A stretch of DNA of 64,000 nucleotides, from NCBI GenBank assembly GCA_019058315.1, contig JAHPZH010000001.1, positions 725,069 through 789,068 on the forward strand, in the 5' to 3' direction. The notes under the pieces were generated by a model that had not been told where the DNA came from, did not search any database, and was given only the letters and a program-made list of their open reading frames with translations. The translations under genes and the position numbers were made by a program. Below are positions 61,807 through 64,000 of the stretch, one piece after another (within the stretch, counting starts at the first letter, position 1; each line of letters begins with the position of its first letter). The DNA is from Candidatus Helarchaeota archaeon. GTDB lineage: Archaea; Asgardarchaeota; Lokiarchaeia; Helarchaeales; RDOG01.

Positions 61807-61857
61807 AATCTGATGAATCTCTCTTATAAATTTTAGAAGAGAGAGGAAGAACAGTTT
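61807..61857 (+). promoter_or_regulatory. Putative eukaryote-like SECIS element in the 3' UTR
   Basis: ATGAA (61813-61817), stem TCTCTCTT, loop ATAAATTTTAG containing AAA, stem AAGAGAGA, GGAA (61845-61848); lower helix aa.ctg/cag.tt. Confidence 0.8.
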
Positions 61858-61911
61858 GCGACTGTAAAAAAAATCAAAATCTCAATTTAAGAGAGTAATA
61901 GTCATTTTAAA

Positions 61912-62460
61912 TTAATTAATTATATTAAAACCTTTTTCAATAGCCTTTATATTTAGGTCTTTATACTTTTCTGAAACGGTATCAGAAATAGATCTTATAA
62001 TTGCATCCTTTGAGACTATATTTGTAACTTTAATTAAAGCTCCAAGCATAATCATATTTGCTACTTTTTCATTTTCTAATTCTTTCGCAATTTTACTTGC
62101 TGGAATTTTAAAAACATTTTTTCTATCATCATCAAATTGGATGAGATCAGAATTTATAAAGATAAAACCATCTTTTTTAGTATTTGGATAATAAAAATCA
62201 AATGCTTCTTGTGAGATTGCCACTAATATATCCGCTTTATCTATAACTGGATATGAAATCATATCGGATTTAGAAATGATTACATCGCTTCTAACTTTAG
62301 TGCCTCTTTGTTCAGCTCCATAGGATTGAGTCTGAATTGCATTTTTTTTATCATAGATGGCAGCTTTCCCTAGTATCACGCTGACTAATATTACACCCAT
62401 GCCACCTAAACCACAAAACCGTATACTTGTTTCACTTTCTTCGTTTTTTCCAGAATGCAT
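61912..62460 (-). CDS. 2-oxoacid:ferredoxin oxidoreductase gamma subunit
   Basis: GLGGMGV, QSYGAEQRG, ANMIMLGA. Confidence 0.92.
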   Translation of the reverse strand: MHSGKNEESETSIRFCGLGGMGVILVSVILGKAAIYDKKNAIQTQSYGAEQRGTKVRSDVIISKSDMISYPVIDKADILVAISQEAFDFYYPNTKKDGFIFINSDLIQFDDDRKNVFKIPASKIAKELENEKVANMIMLGALIKVTNIVSKDAIIRSISDTVSEKYKDLNIKAIEKGFNIIN

Positions 62461-63322
62461 TTTTAGCTCTCTCTTTTAATTTTTTATATAATTGATAAAA
62501 ATCAGGTTTTATAAGGTCTACTATTTCCCCAATAATTATTTTTCCTTGAGAATCTGTAGTAAAACATGCATTTAAATCTTCAAATACATGAGAAGATTCT
62601 TCTTCTTCTTCTTTCTCTCTTCTTTCAGAATAATAACGGATTGTTTCATTTAAAAAATAATTCAAATTTTCTCTTGGAGTTTTAAACCGCTTCCTGCTTA
62701 CAGGACATGTGGATAAAATTTCGATAAATGCAAGTCCACTTTTCTGTATCCCTTTCTTTATTGCACCAATTGCTTGTATTGAATGCGCTGTTGTCCACCT
62801 TGCTACATAAACTGCTCCTGCTGCCTTTGCTAGAAAAGATAAGTTAAACGAATGTTCGATATTTTGGTATGGTGTTGTCGTCGAATAATCGCCCATCGGG
62901 GTTGTTGGAGATACCTGTCCTCCCGTCATTCCATAATTCTCATTATTAATACAAATAACAGTAATATCTACATTTCTACGGATTGCTTGAAGAAAGTGAT
63001 TCAATCCGATAGCAGCTAAATCACCATCTCCAGTAAATACAATAACAGTTAAATCCGGATTAGTAAGTTTTATGCCAGTCGCAAAAGCAATTGCACGTCC
63101 ATGTGTTGTATGAATTCCATCAGCAACAATATATGCAGGTAATCTAGATGAACAACCAATACCTGAAACAAAAACAAGATTATCCTGAGAAATGCCTAAA
63201 TCATCAATTGCCCTGATTACATAATTTAAAACTTGCCCATTACCACAGCCTGGACAAAAAACAGTAGGTAATAAATCTTTTCGTAAATATTTTTCTCTTA
63301 ATTCTTCTGCCGTTTTCGCCAC
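62432..63322 (-). CDS. 2-oxoacid:ferredoxin oxidoreductase beta (TPP-binding) subunit
   Basis: FCPGCG, SGIGCS, HTTHGRA, GDGD, NNENYGMTGGQ. Confidence 0.94.
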   Translation of the reverse strand: MAKTAEELREKYLRKDLLPTVFCPGCGNGQVLNYVIRAIDDLGISQDNLVFVSGIGCSSRLPAYIVADGIHTTHGRAIAFATGIKLTNPDLTVIVFTGDGDLAAIGLNHFLQAIRRNVDITVICINNENYGMTGGQVSPTTPMGDYSTTTPYQNIEHSFNLSFLAKAAGAVYVARWTTAHSIQAIGAIKKGIQKSGLAFIEILSTCPVSRKRFKTPRENLNYFLNETIRYYSERREKEEEEESSHVFEDLNACFTTDSQGKIIIGEIVDLIKPDFYQLYKKLKERAKNAFWKKRRK

Positions 63323-63460
63323 TTATTTCACATCTTTTCTTTATTTCTTTTTTTCTATTTCATATTATAATCTTTATCGCCTTTAACATATTATAGATTT
63401 ATATGTTAAAAAAAAAATATAATTGTAATCTTATTTTTTTCCATTTAAAGAAGGGATATT

Positions 63461-64000
63461 ATGAGAATAAAAAATAGAATCAGATTAATTGCACAAATTT
63501 TCCTTATTTTGACATTATTAATTGTTATTAACACTTCTAAACTTGATACTGCTGCTATTCCCTTGTCTTCAGTCAACGAAAAGGGTTTTACCTTAAATAC
63601 TGCTGCAAGCTGGTCCAATGCGACCGTTATTTCCGACCTTTACGGGTGGAACGATGGTAATAGTTATTCCCCAAGCATCGCCGTGGACGACAGTGGCATC
63701 GTACATGTGGTCTGGTACGATGCAACGGATGGTGAGTGGGGAACTGATGAAGAAATTATGTACGCAAACCTCACCGCTTCTGGTTGGTCCAACGCGACCG
63801 TTATTTCCGATAATACAGGATGGAATGATGGCAATAGTAAATACCCTAGCATTGCAGTCGAAAGTAACGGAAACATTCACGTAGTTTGGGAAGATGGGAC
63901 GTTCGGTGAGTGGGGAACTGATGAAGAAATTATGTACGTAAATTACACCGCTTCTGGTTGGTCCAACGCGACCGTTATTTCCGATAATACAGGATGGAAT
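63461..64000 (+). CDS. Partial secreted beta-propeller-like repeat protein running off the right edge (absent from the ORF track)
   Basis: ATG 63461, signal peptide MRIKNRIRLIAQIFLILTLLIVI, 58-aa repeats WSNATVISD..GWNDGNS..PSIAV...G.(V/I)HVVW.D...GEWGTDEEIMY; no stop before 64000. Confidence 0.9.
   Translation, partial: MRIKNRIRLIAQIFLILTLLIVINTSKLDTAAIPLSSVNEKGFTLNTAASWSNATVISDLYGWNDGNSYSPSIAVDDSGIVHVVWYDATDGEWGTDEEIMYANLTASGWSNATVISDNTGWNDGNSKYPSIAVESNGNIHVVWEDGTFGEWGTDEEIMYVNYTASGWSNATVISDNTGWN
63731..64000 (+). repeat. Direct repeat with a 174-bp period inside the repeat-protein gene
   Basis: 63731-63826 vs 63905-64000 differ at 4 of 96 nt. Confidence 0.93.

Noticed and set aside
63593-63884. 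Three short ORFs in the track (63593-63880, 63618-63884, 63664-63876)
   Set aside because: Shadow frames of the real gene starting at 63461.
63731-64000. Repeat pair as a CRISPR array or DGR template/variable repeat
   Set aside because: The period is 174 nt and in frame with a coding repeat, mismatches are not adenine-specific, and no reverse transcriptase or cas gene is in the window.
1-64000. tRNA/rRNA genes, transposases, integrases, defence systems
   Set aside because: No GC-rich structured RNA segment or recognisable motifs were found by eye; a tRNAscan-SE/Infernal run would be needed to exclude them fully.

Overview
AT-rich archaeal chromosomal window, most consistent with an Asgard archaeon (Lokiarchaeia/Helarchaeales-like). 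The evidence is two large coiled-coil/PCI-like/longin-domain proteins, an AN1 zinc finger, an eIF2B-like protein and a eukaryote-style SECIS-like hairpin. Contents in order: a purine biosynthesis cluster (purB, purE, purD, purF, purL, purQ, purS, purC, with pncB, a HAD hydrolase and a PfkB kinase) interrupted by the tandem longin pair; a Mesh1-like HD hydrolase; a ~15.5 kb glycosylation cluster; tetrapyrrole genes (hemB, hemL, hemC, cobA); ModE plus a TOBE protein; hydrolases (sulfatase, DUF2961, esterases); AspRS; 2-oxoacid:ferredoxin oxidoreductase beta/gamma; and a partial secreted repeat protein. Main highlights: (1) a hidden HesB-like selenoprotein gene (61438-61797) with an in-frame TGA in a G-U-G-G motif and a 3'-UTR SECIS-like hairpin, which the ORF track truncates; (2) a prenyltransferase-beta-like barrel fused to PCI-like, coiled-coil and longin domains, next to a paralog lacking the barrel; (3) a 120-bp imperfect palindrome with competing hairpins upstream of purL. 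No tRNA, rRNA, CRISPR array or transposase was recognised. All family calls come from motif recognition, not database searches.
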